DNA of 63,394 nt, the filler included, from Globobulimina sp. (taxonomy: Eukaryota), in assembly GCA_003354225.1 (NCBI GenBank). It is 41 parts of 41 records of this genome, joined end to end, with 100 filler letters (N's around TTAATTAATTAA, not from the genome) between each part and the next. Parts side by side here need not be neighbours in the genome. Positions count along the whole stretch, not along the records: positions 61,948 to 63,394 come from PIVH01016523.1; 40 more parts are not named here. The stretch is one strand, 5' to 3'. Shown piece after piece: positions 63,001 to 63,394 of the stretch. Below the pieces are notes generated by a model that searched no databases, had not been told where the DNA came from, and worked only from the letters and a program-made list of their open reading frames with translations. Positions within the stretch are counted from its first letter, which is position 1. Each line of letters starts with the position of its first letter. Both the position numbers and the translations under genes were made by a program.

Positions 63001-63394
63001 TTCACATTATCATCACAAGCAAACATAGATAATGATTGCAAGCAATTATGGCTCATGATCATCAGACACGGTGAAAGGTAAATCAATGCATACAATTCTT
63101 GTTTGAATGTCCGTATTAAAATATGTCTCAACAGAATGGACGAAGTAGCAAGTGAGGAGTCCAGGAAATGGAGATTTAAAGCTGCAGATAACAGAATATT
63201 TGATCCACCATTAACTAAGAATGGATTCCAACACGCAAATGAAAGATGACACATATTAGCACATAAATTATCACACATTAAGCAAACGAAAGATTTACCA
63301 AAATGTATTTACGTATCACCGATGGAAAGAACTCTGGGCACTGCCTTTGAGATTGCCAAGGTAACCAAAATGCCAATTGTAGTCGTGCCTGGAT
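63001..63394 (+). pseudogene. Histidine phosphatase (PGM family) with an in-frame TGA at 63247 (intron 63078-63134), partial; absent from the ORF track
   Basis: IIRHGER|MD ... DPPLT.NG..HA ... IYVSPMERTLGTA. Confidence 0.75.

Overview
This window is not one locus. It is a size-sorted concatenation of 41 unrelated short contigs (1450 down to 1447 bp), each joined by a 100-bp artificial linker (44 N + TTAATTAATTAA + 44 N), so adjacency across linkers is meaningless. Most contigs come from an AT-rich, gene-dense protist with short GT-AG introns (mostly 53-70 nt). The gene families (SAM-like+U-box, SPRY, PPR, PTxDPT mucins, Tudor-like tandem domain) suggest a rhizarian/foraminiferan, which is an inference. 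Mixed in are bacterial contigs (flgK-flgL and two PilZ genes, Desulfobacterota-like), retroelement fragments (Ty3/Gypsy integrase, two DIRS-like RNase H pieces, a non-LTR 3' end), probable metazoan repeat DNA and several apparent chimeric junctions typical of whole-genome amplification. Recognisable genes: cyclic-nucleotide PDE, ASPM, CARNMT1, RPA2, HPRT, GH16, a MAP3K-like kinase, V-ATPase c, a phosphagen-kinase-like protein, PPIL1, a G-beta-like WD40, an acyl-CoA dehydrogenase, a GH93/BNR hydrolase and a histidine phosphatase. The most unusual observations are: (1) a tRNA-like head followed by eight hairpin repeats whose variants keep the base pairing; (2) a PB1/Zn-finger gene bracketed by ~145-bp inverted repeats that are themselves the 3' end of a reading frame; (3) HPRT spliced to two Tudor-like domains; (4) a probably catalytically dead creatine-kinase homologue with a ~130-aa insertion; (5) a plant-like PPR-E protein. 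All family assignments come from motif recognition by eye, with no database search.
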